A stretch of DNA of 42,824 nucleotides, taken from contig JBASLU010000051.1 of the NCBI GenBank assembly GCA_049656505.1, forward strand, positions 1 through 42,824. Direction: 5' to 3'. Source of the DNA: Candidatus Saccharimonadales bacterium (GTDB taxonomy: Bacteria; Patescibacteriota; Saccharimonadia; Saccharimonadales; Saccharimonadaceae). Positions 24,593 through 32,624 of the stretch are shown here, piece by piece (the first letter of the stretch is position 1; each line of letters opens with the position of its first letter). The notes beneath the pieces are model-generated. The model saw nothing but the letters and a program-made list of their open reading frames with translations, was not told where the DNA came from and did no database searches. The position numbers were made by a program, and so were the translations under genes.

Positions 24593-25786
24593 TTATTGAC
24601 TAAGCACTTCTTTAGCTTTATCTAATTGTGGATCTTTTTCGCTATCAAAATCTTTTTGCGTCAGCTCCACGTTTATATTAGGCTTAATTCCACTTTGCGT
24701 TATGTTAATACCATTTGGCGTATACCATCTGGCAGTAGTAACTTTAAGTTGAGCGCCAGTGCTTAATGGTATAAGTTGCTGCACACTGCCCTTACCATAA
24801 GTCCTCTCGCCTACTACTGTCGCTTTTTTGTATTCTTGTAAAGCACCTGCCACGATTTCACTAGCACTTGCGCTAGCCCCGTTTACTAAAATCACGGTTG
24901 GCATTTTGTCTAGTATTGCATTATCACCAGTTTTAATTGTATCCACAATCATTGAACCAGACTTTTCAATGACGACTATCTTATTCTCTAACCAGATACC
25001 GGCAACATCGCGAGCAGCTTCGATATAGCCACCACCATTACCTCTTAAATCTAAGATAACGCCTTTAACACCTTGTGACTTAAAATTTTGAGCCGCTGAT
25101 CTTGCTAGATTACCTGTCTCATCATCAAATCGAGAAATAGTAATAATACCTATGTTTTCAATTTTGCTACTTTCTACACTAGGATTATTAATTATTGCTC
25201 TAGTAATATTAAAGTCTTTTATAGTATTGCCTCTTTGAATTTTTAGCTTTACAGTAGTTCCCTCTTCTCCTCTGATATTGCTGACAGCTTCATCAACGGT
25301 CCAATTGTCTGTTGAGTCATCATTCACCTGTATAATTATATCTCCGCCCATCAATCCAGCTGATTTAGCAGGATTATTATCTAGAACTCTAATAATGGTC
25401 ACCTTGTCGTTTCTAATACCTATTTCAGCTCCGATACCGCCACCAATATTACCAGATAACTCTTTCTCATATTCTTTTGCCTCGCCAGGATTCATATAAA
25501 CTGTGTAAGCGTCCCCTACGGCATCGACAAGCCCGCTGTTGGCACCTTGAATTAACTTATCGATGTCCAGCTCGCCATCATAATTAGCTGCTAATTTATT
25601 ATAGGTTTCCTGCAGCGAACTCAGGTCAATATTACCTGGATGTGATTTATAACCAAAGACTGGACCAATAGCCGCTTCGATTTGAAAATGATAAACACCA
25701 GCGATATATCCTAATCCAGATGCTATTGCGATGATTACAAACCAGAAACTATAAGATAATTTAATTTTAGACTTTTTAAAAGGCAT
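24593..25786 (-). CDS. Carboxyl-terminal processing protease (S41 family, PDZ-containing)
   Basis: N-terminal TM anchor and a PDZ region (NPAKSAGLMGGDIIIQVND). Catalytic Ser context NGASASASEIVAGALQ and Lys context TYGKGSVQ. Confidence 0.9.
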   Translation of the reverse strand: MPFKKSKIKLSYSFWFVIIAIASGLGYIAGVYHFQIEAAIGPVFGYKSHPGNIDLSSLQETYNKLAANYDGELDIDKLIQGANSGLVDAVGDAYTVYMNPGEAKEYEKELSGNIGGGIGAEIGIRNDKVTIIRVLDNNPAKSAGLMGGDIIIQVNDDSTDNWTVDEAVSNIRGEEGTTVKLKIQRGNTIKDFNITRAIINNPSVESSKIENIGIITISRFDDETGNLARSAAQNFKSQGVKGVILDLRGNGGGYIEAARDVAGIWLENKIVVIEKSGSMIVDTIKTGDNAILDKMPTVILVNGASASASEIVAGALQEYKKATVVGERTYGKGSVQQLIPLSTGAQLKVTTARWYTPNGINITQSGIKPNINVELTQKDFDSEKDPQLDKAKEVLSQ

Positions 25787-25862
25787 CGTGACTCCTAATT
25801 TTTATATTGACTAAATAAATTATAAACCAATTAGAGCATTTTGTAGAAATAAAAGTTATGTT

Positions 25863-27140
25863 TTATTTAACAATTTGGACATAATAGTCGAACACGCTTG
25901 GCGATAGTTCCATAACGCTATACATTCCATATCCTTGACCATAATCCCAATTGTACTGACTAACTTGAATAACTGTCTGTCCCTTACTATTAGTATAAGG
26001 ATTAGATTCTACCCATGCAACATGACCAAAAGATCCTTCATCCATTACAGCTATAGAGCCCGCCCTTGGGACATTCTCACTATATCCAAATTTTGCAATA
26101 GCATTGTCATCAAACATACGCGCATCACCCCAAGATGGATAAAAACCTGTTGCTTGATTTATTTTCCAAGCAACGTAACTTGCACATTGCCTACAGCCAT
26201 AGCCTCTACCATCTTGACCACTATAAGGAGGCATATCATTATACGAATAGTCTATACCACCGTTCGATACATATGGCAACCAACCGACGTCAGGTAAATA
26301 ACCACCCATTCGGCAATTCGAATCGTTCCAAGTCCCAAAGCGAGAAATAGTAACATAGCTTGACAAAAAACCACTAGCTAAAAGCACATAGCCTCCGGTA
26401 TTAGAACTTCTTTGCGACAGTGACGCTTGAATTGCACGAGCCATAGCAATCGCTTCTTGGTTCTTGCCTATTAACTGTTGATAAACTGACTCCTGCCCCC
26501 TAGTCGCTGAGAGTAAACTATTTTGTTCCGCCTCCTTAGCCGCTAAGCTATCTCGTTGAGATTTCTGTTCTTTCAATACATCAGAAACTTCGTCGCGTTT
26601 CTTTTCTAAATCTAACTTCAAGGCTTTAATTTCATTAATAGTTGAAGTAAGTTCGCTTCTAACTGATGAGCGATACTCTTGCTTGTCTAGATAGTCACTA
26701 ATTGTATTACTGCTAGCTAGCATCTCAATTGGAGTTATCTTGTCATCAACATACAAATCAGCGATAATTCGACCAAGTGCATCTTTATTGTCTTTTATTT
26801 TCTTTTCAGTGTCAGATATTTGTTTCTGTAGTTTGTTGTATTTTGCTTGAGCTATATCTAATTTAGCTTGAATAATTGCTTTTTGATTAGATAGCAAAGC
26901 TATGTTTGACTGCAGAGACATTGCCTGTTTGTTAAGCGTATCGCTCTTTTTTAGATATTCAGCGACCTCTCTTTCAAGTGCATCAATTTCAGCTTGACAT
27001 GCATTCGCCGTTGAACAAGCTTTAGTATTTTGATTCATAAATTGAATAGGGATAAAAGCTAACAAAGATATGCTCACAAAAATGAGCGAAACTTTTCTGA
27101 TGAAAGAATTAGAAGCTGGTGTGGTGGTCCGCAGTTTCAT
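25863..27140 (-). CDS. PcsB-like peptidoglycan hydrolase: signal anchor + long coiled coil + C-terminal CHAP domain
   Basis: About 200 aa of heptad-rich sequence (AEIDALEREVAEYLKK...KALKLDLEKKRDEV). CHAP Cys context GCRQCASYVAWKI and His context FGHVAWVES. The ATG at 27140 is preferred; the ORF is open to a TTG at 27179. Immediately downstream of ftsEX. Confidence 0.82.
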   Translation of the reverse strand: MKLRTTTPASNSFIRKVSLIFVSISLLAFIPIQFMNQNTKACSTANACQAEIDALEREVAEYLKKSDTLNKQAMSLQSNIALLSNQKAIIQAKLDIAQAKYNKLQKQISDTEKKIKDNKDALGRIIADLYVDDKITPIEMLASSNTISDYLDKQEYRSSVRSELTSTINEIKALKLDLEKKRDEVSDVLKEQKSQRDSLAAKEAEQNSLLSATRGQESVYQQLIGKNQEAIAMARAIQASLSQRSSNTGGYVLLASGFLSSYVTISRFGTWNDSNCRMGGYLPDVGWLPYVSNGGIDYSYNDMPPYSGQDGRGYGCRQCASYVAWKINQATGFYPSWGDARMFDDNAIAKFGYSENVPRAGSIAVMDEGSFGHVAWVESNPYTNSKGQTVIQVSQYNWDYGQGYGMYSVMELSPSVFDYYVQIVK

Positions 27141-27205
27141 AGTGTTATCAATATACCATAAGCTTAATAATATTGTCAATCTTATTTAAAGAAGATACGA
27201 GAAGC

Positions 27206-28189
27206 CTAAACCTTCAAATAACGGTAAGTTGCAAAGAGAGATGAAACAACACCTATAAAAGCGCCAATAAGTATCATAACTAATATAACAAATATGCCGT
27301 AACTATTTATTAAATCCACAGTTGGCTGGACGTTAATCTGATAAGCAGTCAACGGTTCAACTATACGAGAAAGACCGAATGTGCCAAGACCAGTTGCAAT
27401 CAACGCGGCTATAATACCATATATCATCGCTTCTATTAAAAATGGTCCTCTTATAAACGATTTATTAGCACCAATTAATTTCATCATTTGAATTTCTTCT
27501 CGTCGATTAAAAATAGCCATTCTTATAGTGTTAAAAATAATCAAAGACGATATGACGACAAATACAGAACCAGCAATAATACCTACGTTTCGAGCAAAAC
27601 CAACTGCCCTGCCTATACTCTTTATAGTATTGCGCCTATCACCAGCAAATGAAGGTTTATAATTAGAATTTAAATTTTCTTTGAGTAAAGTATTTTCTTT
27701 AACAAATTTTTCTAATTCTGAAGTGTCATTAATATCTTCGATTACCACCCTCAAAGTGGCCGGATTTTTATTTGTAGCTTCTTTTATGGCGGTAATAATT
27801 TTAGCGTCATCTTTATTTTCTTGAACAATTTGCTCACGAGCCTCATCGGCACTAATGTAATCGACAGATTTAACTGATGATAATTTCATTAATTCATCCG
27901 ATAGTTGAGCACCGATTTCATCAGTCGTTTCTGTTTTTAAATAAATTGACATATCCACTTTTTCTTGTAAATCAGTCAGCGTGTCGTTTAGGGTGTTTTG
28001 GGTCGCAAAAGCTCCGAATATAATTAATAATGTTATAACCATCACAGCTGTCGCAGCTATTGAAAGCCAAGAATTACGAAGAAAACTATCGACGCCGTAT
28101 CTAATCATCCTAAAAAACGATAGCAGTCTATGCCTATTATATTTTTGACGACCCACCATGTTCGATGATTTTTTACGCTTCGTGCTCAT
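27206..28189 (-). CDS. ftsX: Cell division ABC transporter permease-like protein FtsX
   Basis: Topology is TM1, a ~110-aa extracytoplasmic loop, then three C-terminal TMs. 4-nt overlap with ftsE. Confidence 0.9.
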   Translation of the reverse strand: MSTKRKKSSNMVGRQKYNRHRLLSFFRMIRYGVDSFLRNSWLSIAATAVMVITLLIIFGAFATQNTLNDTLTDLQEKVDMSIYLKTETTDEIGAQLSDELMKLSSVKSVDYISADEAREQIVQENKDDAKIITAIKEATNKNPATLRVVIEDINDTSELEKFVKENTLLKENLNSNYKPSFAGDRRNTIKSIGRAVGFARNVGIIAGSVFVVISSLIIFNTIRMAIFNRREEIQMMKLIGANKSFIRGPFLIEAMIYGIIAALIATGLGTFGLSRIVEPLTAYQINVQPTVDLINSYGIFVILVMILIGAFIGVVSSLFATYRYLKV

Positions 28190-28869
28190 TGTCTATAACT
28201 CCCAACGGCTTGATCACCAACGATTTTTCCATGGTCTAGTGTTATCACTCTTCGTTTTAGTTGATTTACTATTTCTGCGTTGTGAGTAGTTAATAAAACT
28301 GTAGTTCCGTATTTATTAATCTTTTCTAAAAGTCTAATAATGTCCCAACTGTGTTTTGGATCTAAGTTTCCAGTAGGCTCATCAGCAATTAAAATTTTCG
28401 GCTGACGCACAACAGCTCTCGCGATTGCAACACGTTGCCTCTCTCCACCGGATAATTTATCTGGAAAAACTTTTTCTTTACCAGTTAAGCCAACCAGTTC
28501 TATGACTTTAGGTACAGTGCTTTTAATTTCGTGATTTGTCATGCCAGCAATTTCTAAAGCAAAAGAAATATTTTCAAAAACTGTTCGCTGAGGTAATAAT
28601 TTAAAATCTTGAAAAACTACTCCTATCTTGCGACGCAATAGTGGAATATTTTTATCTTTTAAATCATCGTAATCGATGCCGCCCACTACAATCTTGCCGC
28701 TAGTTGGTTTTTCTTCTCGAGTTAATAATTTAAATAAAGTTGATTTACCAGCTCCACTCGTTCCGACAAGAATAACAAATTCTCTTGGTTCAATGAATAA
28801 ACTAACTCGATCGAGTGCGGGGCGAGCGTCTTTGTTGTATGTTTTTGTGACCCTATCAAGCAGTATCAT
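28186..28869 (-). CDS. ftsE: Cell division ATP-binding protein FtsE
   Basis: Walker A GTSGAGKST, signature LSGGERQRVAIARA and Walker B ILIADEPTGNLD. Paired with ftsX. Confidence 0.93.
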   Translation of the reverse strand: MILLDRVTKTYNKDARPALDRVSLFIEPREFVILVGTSGAGKSTLFKLLTREEKPTSGKIVVGGIDYDDLKDKNIPLLRRKIGVVFQDFKLLPQRTVFENISFALEIAGMTNHEIKSTVPKVIELVGLTGKEKVFPDKLSGGERQRVAIARAVVRQPKILIADEPTGNLDPKHSWDIIRLLEKINKYGTTVLLTTHNAEIVNQLKRRVITLDHGKIVGDQAVGSYRQ

Positions 28870-28910
28870 GTCTGATAAATTATAGCATAAGAGTAATAAA
28901 CCGCGAAGTT

Positions 28911-30002
28911 TTATTTTTTACTAATATATTCCAAATAAGTTTCAATAAATTCGTCTATTTTACCATCTAAAACTGCCTGAACGTCACGATCCTCGTGTTT
29001 TGTTCTGTGATCTTTTACTAATGTATATGGATGTAATGTGTAGCTTCGAATTTGTGATCCCCAGTTGGCGGATTCCCCTGCTCTTAAATCACTTATATCA
29101 TTTGCGCGCTGTTCAATTTTTAATTGCATAAGTTTTGAACGTAATAATTTCAGAGCAGTCTCACGATTTTGTAATTGTGACCTTTCGTTTTGAATAGAAA
29201 CAACTATACCAGTCGGAATATGAGTTATCCTTACAGCGCTGTCGGTGGTATTAACCGATTGACCGCCGTGACCGCCAGATTTATAAACATCAATTTTTAA
29301 ATCTTTCTCATTAATCTCAATGTCTTGTGGTTTATCAATTTGAGGTAAAACTTCTATAAGCGCAAAACTAGTTTGTCTTAGATTATCACTATTAAATGGA
29401 CTGAGCCGCACTAGACGATGAACGCCATGTTCGCTTTTCAATTTACCATAAGCATAAAGACCAAATACTTCTATAGTGCTAGATTTAATCCCCGCCTCTT
29501 CGCTAGTCGATCTTTCGATGAGATTAGTTTGCATATCTGATTTTTCAGCCCAACGTAAGTACATTCTCTCAAGCATCTCAGTCCAGTCTTGAGCGTCCGT
29601 ACCGCCCACTCCAGCGCTTAATTTTATAATGGCATTTCTATCATCATAATCTTCATTAAAAAGAAGGTATTGTTTCAAGCGACTATATTCCTTTTCAAGC
29701 GCCTCGACTTCAATAGACAACTCATTTAAAAGACTATCGTCACTATCGCTACTTTCAATTAATTCAATCATATCTTTAACTTGAATTTTTAGAGTAATCC
29801 AGGGGTTAATTAATTTGCCAAGATTAGCTAATTGTATACTTTTGAGCTGAGCGTCATTAGGATTATTCCAAACACTAGAATCAGATAATTGGCTTTCAAT
29901 AGTTTTAGAAATTGCAATCTTATCTTCTATATTAAGTATTCCAAAAGCGTTTTCTATAGATTCTAATAAATTATTTAAATTCTTGATTAGTTGTTTCTGC
30001 AT
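28911..30002 (-). CDS. prfB: Peptide chain release factor 2 (single ORF, no programmed frameshift)
   Basis: SPF tripeptide (VRLSPFNSD) and GGQ (SGGHGGQSVNTTDSAVR). 363 aa are encoded contiguously. Confidence 0.95.
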   Translation of the reverse strand: MQKQLIKNLNNLLESIENAFGILNIEDKIAISKTIESQLSDSSVWNNPNDAQLKSIQLANLGKLINPWITLKIQVKDMIELIESSDSDDSLLNELSIEVEALEKEYSRLKQYLLFNEDYDDRNAIIKLSAGVGGTDAQDWTEMLERMYLRWAEKSDMQTNLIERSTSEEAGIKSSTIEVFGLYAYGKLKSEHGVHRLVRLSPFNSDNLRQTSFALIEVLPQIDKPQDIEINEKDLKIDVYKSGGHGGQSVNTTDSAVRITHIPTGIVVSIQNERSQLQNRETALKLLRSKLMQLKIEQRANDISDLRAGESANWGSQIRSYTLHPYTLVKDHRTKHEDRDVQAVLDGKIDEFIETYLEYISKK

Positions 30003-30012
30003 ATTATAACTC

Positions 30013-31293
30013 TCAAGATTCTAACGCCATGACTGCATTTTTAAATTGTTCGCCTCTATCAATATAATCTTTAAAAAGTCCAAAGCTCGCGCTAGCAGGA
30101 CTTAATAAAACGACACCACCAGCTTTAGAGAGTTGTCTAGCCTTATCGACTAATAACTTCATATTAATAAAATCAACTATTTCATAATCGGGAAAACCAA
30201 TAGCCTGACAACTTTTCGCAATATTTTCCGCTTCTTGCCCTATAAGTAGGGCTTTAGCCGATTTTTGTTTTAAGGTTTTAGCTAATTCGTTAAAATCAGA
30301 TCCTTTAGAAGAGCCTCCTAAAATAATCACCGTGTCCTTATTAAAAGAATTCAGCGCCGCAATAGCAGAACTGGGTGTTGTCGCAATACTATCATCATAA
30401 TAGCTAACCCCTTTAAATTCACGAATAAATTGCAATCTGTGCGGTAAACCTGTAAATTTCTCCAAAGCCCTCTCTATGGATGAGATGTCGTTTAATAATG
30501 GCCAGACTGTATCAATAGCGGCACATATATTCTCTTTATTATGATTACCTATAAGTTTACTTTTATGAATTGAACAAATTAATTGTTCGTTGTAATAAAA
30601 ATTGTCATTATCAAAATGCGCCGACAATTCATCTGGATAACCGATTGTCTTTGCCTTAGATTTAGTAGCTATTTCTTGAGAATATTTATTATCTTTATTA
30701 TAAATTGTAAGGTCTTCAGATGATTGTGTTCTAACTATATTAGCTTTGGCGCTCACATAATCATCCATGCTCATATGGATATCTTGGTGTTCTTTTTCTA
30801 TGAATAAAATAACTGCTATATGTGGTGATTTTTGCATATCCCACAATTGAAAACTAGATAATTCATAAACTACTATATCCTCCGGTTTAATCTCATCCAG
30901 TACATCTAAGGCTGGTTTGCCTATATTGCCAACTAACCAAACTTTTTTGCTATCCTCTCTTAATATTTCGAATATTAAACTAGCTACCGTACCCTTACCC
31001 TTACTCCCAGTGACGCCCATAATAGGCGCAGGGCATTTATCAAAAAATTCATTTGTCGCAGACCAAATTTTACCATTAGTATTTATTTTCTCTGGATTTA
31101 AGCTAGGCGTCCTGATTACTAAATCAAAATCAATTAACTGATTAAAAGCACCAGCCCCTATAATAAATTTGGCGTTAGATGGAGGTTGAATATTACGCTC
31201 ATCTACTATACAAATTTCGCTGCTAGCATCCTTGGAATAGTATCTATAACTTGATTCACCCTCTATACCATAACCAGCTATTGCAATCTTCAT
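30013..31293 (-). CDS. murD: UDP-N-acetylmuramoylalanine--D-glutamate ligase MurD
   Basis: N-terminal Rossmann-like MKIAIAGYGIEG, Mur-ligase P-loop GVTGSKGKGT, and a C-terminal LLSPASASFGLFKDYIDRGEQFK typical of MurD. Confidence 0.85.
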   Translation of the reverse strand: MKIAIAGYGIEGESSYRYYSKDASSEICIVDERNIQPPSNAKFIIGAGAFNQLIDFDLVIRTPSLNPEKINTNGKIWSATNEFFDKCPAPIMGVTGSKGKGTVASLIFEILREDSKKVWLVGNIGKPALDVLDEIKPEDIVVYELSSFQLWDMQKSPHIAVILFIEKEHQDIHMSMDDYVSAKANIVRTQSSEDLTIYNKDNKYSQEIATKSKAKTIGYPDELSAHFDNDNFYYNEQLICSIHKSKLIGNHNKENICAAIDTVWPLLNDISSIERALEKFTGLPHRLQFIREFKGVSYYDDSIATTPSSAIAALNSFNKDTVIILGGSSKGSDFNELAKTLKQKSAKALLIGQEAENIAKSCQAIGFPDYEIVDFINMKLLVDKARQLSKAGGVVLLSPASASFGLFKDYIDRGEQFKNAVMALES

Positions 31294-31303
31294 ATTAACT
31301 ATT

Positions 31304-32590
31304 TTAATTCGAATTAAATATTTTTTCTAACTTATTACCAAGATCAACTATTTCCTGTTTTTCACCACTACTGACAGCAGCCAAAACCCATTTATCTTCT
31401 TGTATGAAACTTCTAGCCGTTTCTATCATTTGTTCCACAGTTACGTTTTTAATCATTTCTGGAATTTTGTAATAATCTTTAATGAATCCATCCGCAAAAT
31501 ATCTGCTAGTGTAAAATCCGCTAATTTGAGCAACGGTTTGCGCACCCATTTGATACCTGCCCAAAGCAAAAGACTTTGCTGTTTCAACTTCCGAAGAGGT
31601 CAGCTTACCTTTCATAACATTGCTAATCTCACTAACTATAATGTCAAATAATTCATCAACTGATTCATGGTTTACCTGACCAGATATATCCCAACCGCTA
31701 TCGTAAAAACCGACACCCGTGTAAGAATCAATATTGTATGCTAAACCCTTACGTCTAGCGGCACCAAAGATACGAGAATGCATTGTACCAGTTAATATAT
31801 GATCTAGGTGATGCATAGCATTCAACTCCTCGGTAGTTAATTCTCTTGGTATTGTCATAAAAAAACCAAAGGTTAAGTTAGTAGCATCTTTACGACGAAT
31901 AATAGTAGGCATTGCTTTATGCAAATCATCTTTAGGAATGTCAAAACGTTGGCCACGAGGTAATTTAAAATCCTCTAATTGTCTTTTTATTTCAGCTTTT
32001 CTGCCTTTCAATTTTCCTGCAATAACAAATCTCATATTGCGAGTAGTATGAGTTCTTCTATGGTGCTCTTTTATGTCTTCTAATGAAACATTAGCTATGG
32101 TTGGAAGAGACTGACGATAAGTAAGTACATCTTCACCAAGTAATTGTTGGATTTTTGGCCATAATATCCTGTGATGATCATTAAGGTAGTTAGTTAGCTC
32201 GCTTCTTACATTACCCTTTTCTGCCGTAAGTTCCTCTTCATTAAAGCGAGGTTGGCAGATAGCCAGCTTCTGTAAATCTAAAATTCTATCCCATTCAAAA
32301 TCAGCACAATCTGCTTCGTATACCATAGATAAATCACTGGTATATGCATTTCGATAAGCGCCATTTTTAGTAAACTCAAACTCAAATTCTGACTCACTTT
32401 TAAATCGAGCATTAGCCCCAAACGCCATATGTTCCATTATGTGAGCGACTTGTTCAATGTCTTTAGACTTCACATATCGATTACCTGACCTAAAATGAAA
32501 TTGCATATTCATAGTCGTGGCTTCAGGCACATTAATTAATAACCCGCGGGCGCCATTTTTTAATTTTATTTCTTCTACATTATGATTCAT
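31304..32590 (-). CDS. M16-family (pitrilysin/insulinase-like) zinc peptidase
   Basis: Inverted zinc motif HxxEH (HIMEHMAF) and a downstream E-rich region. About 428 aa with the two-domain M16 layout. Confidence 0.85.
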   Translation of the reverse strand: MNHNVEEIKLKNGARGLLINVPEATTMNMQFHFRSGNRYVKSKDIEQVAHIMEHMAFGANARFKSESEFEFEFTKNGAYRNAYTSDLSMVYEADCADFEWDRILDLQKLAICQPRFNEEELTAEKGNVRSELTNYLNDHHRILWPKIQQLLGEDVLTYRQSLPTIANVSLEDIKEHHRRTHTTRNMRFVIAGKLKGRKAEIKRQLEDFKLPRGQRFDIPKDDLHKAMPTIIRRKDATNLTFGFFMTIPRELTTEELNAMHHLDHILTGTMHSRIFGAARRKGLAYNIDSYTGVGFYDSGWDISGQVNHESVDELFDIIVSEISNVMKGKLTSSEVETAKSFALGRYQMGAQTVAQISGFYTSRYFADGFIKDYYKIPEMIKNVTVEQMIETARSFIQEDKWVLAAVSSGEKQEIVDLGNKLEKIFNSN

Positions 32591-32624
32591 TTATTTAATT
32601 AAACTTTCTGGATAATCCTGTAAC

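Noticed and set aside
25935-26350. 120-aa and 71-aa plus-strand ORFs
   Set aside because: They lie antisense within the CHAP-domain region of the PcsB-like gene, which has clear catalytic motifs. The same reasoning applies to the other antisense ORFs in the track (for example 6370-6708, 10370-10678, 23287-23595 and 24273-24581).
28911-30002. Programmed +1 frameshift site in prfB
   Set aside because: The full-length RF2 is encoded in one frame from the ATG at 30002. There is no in-frame early TGA with an upstream SD-like element.
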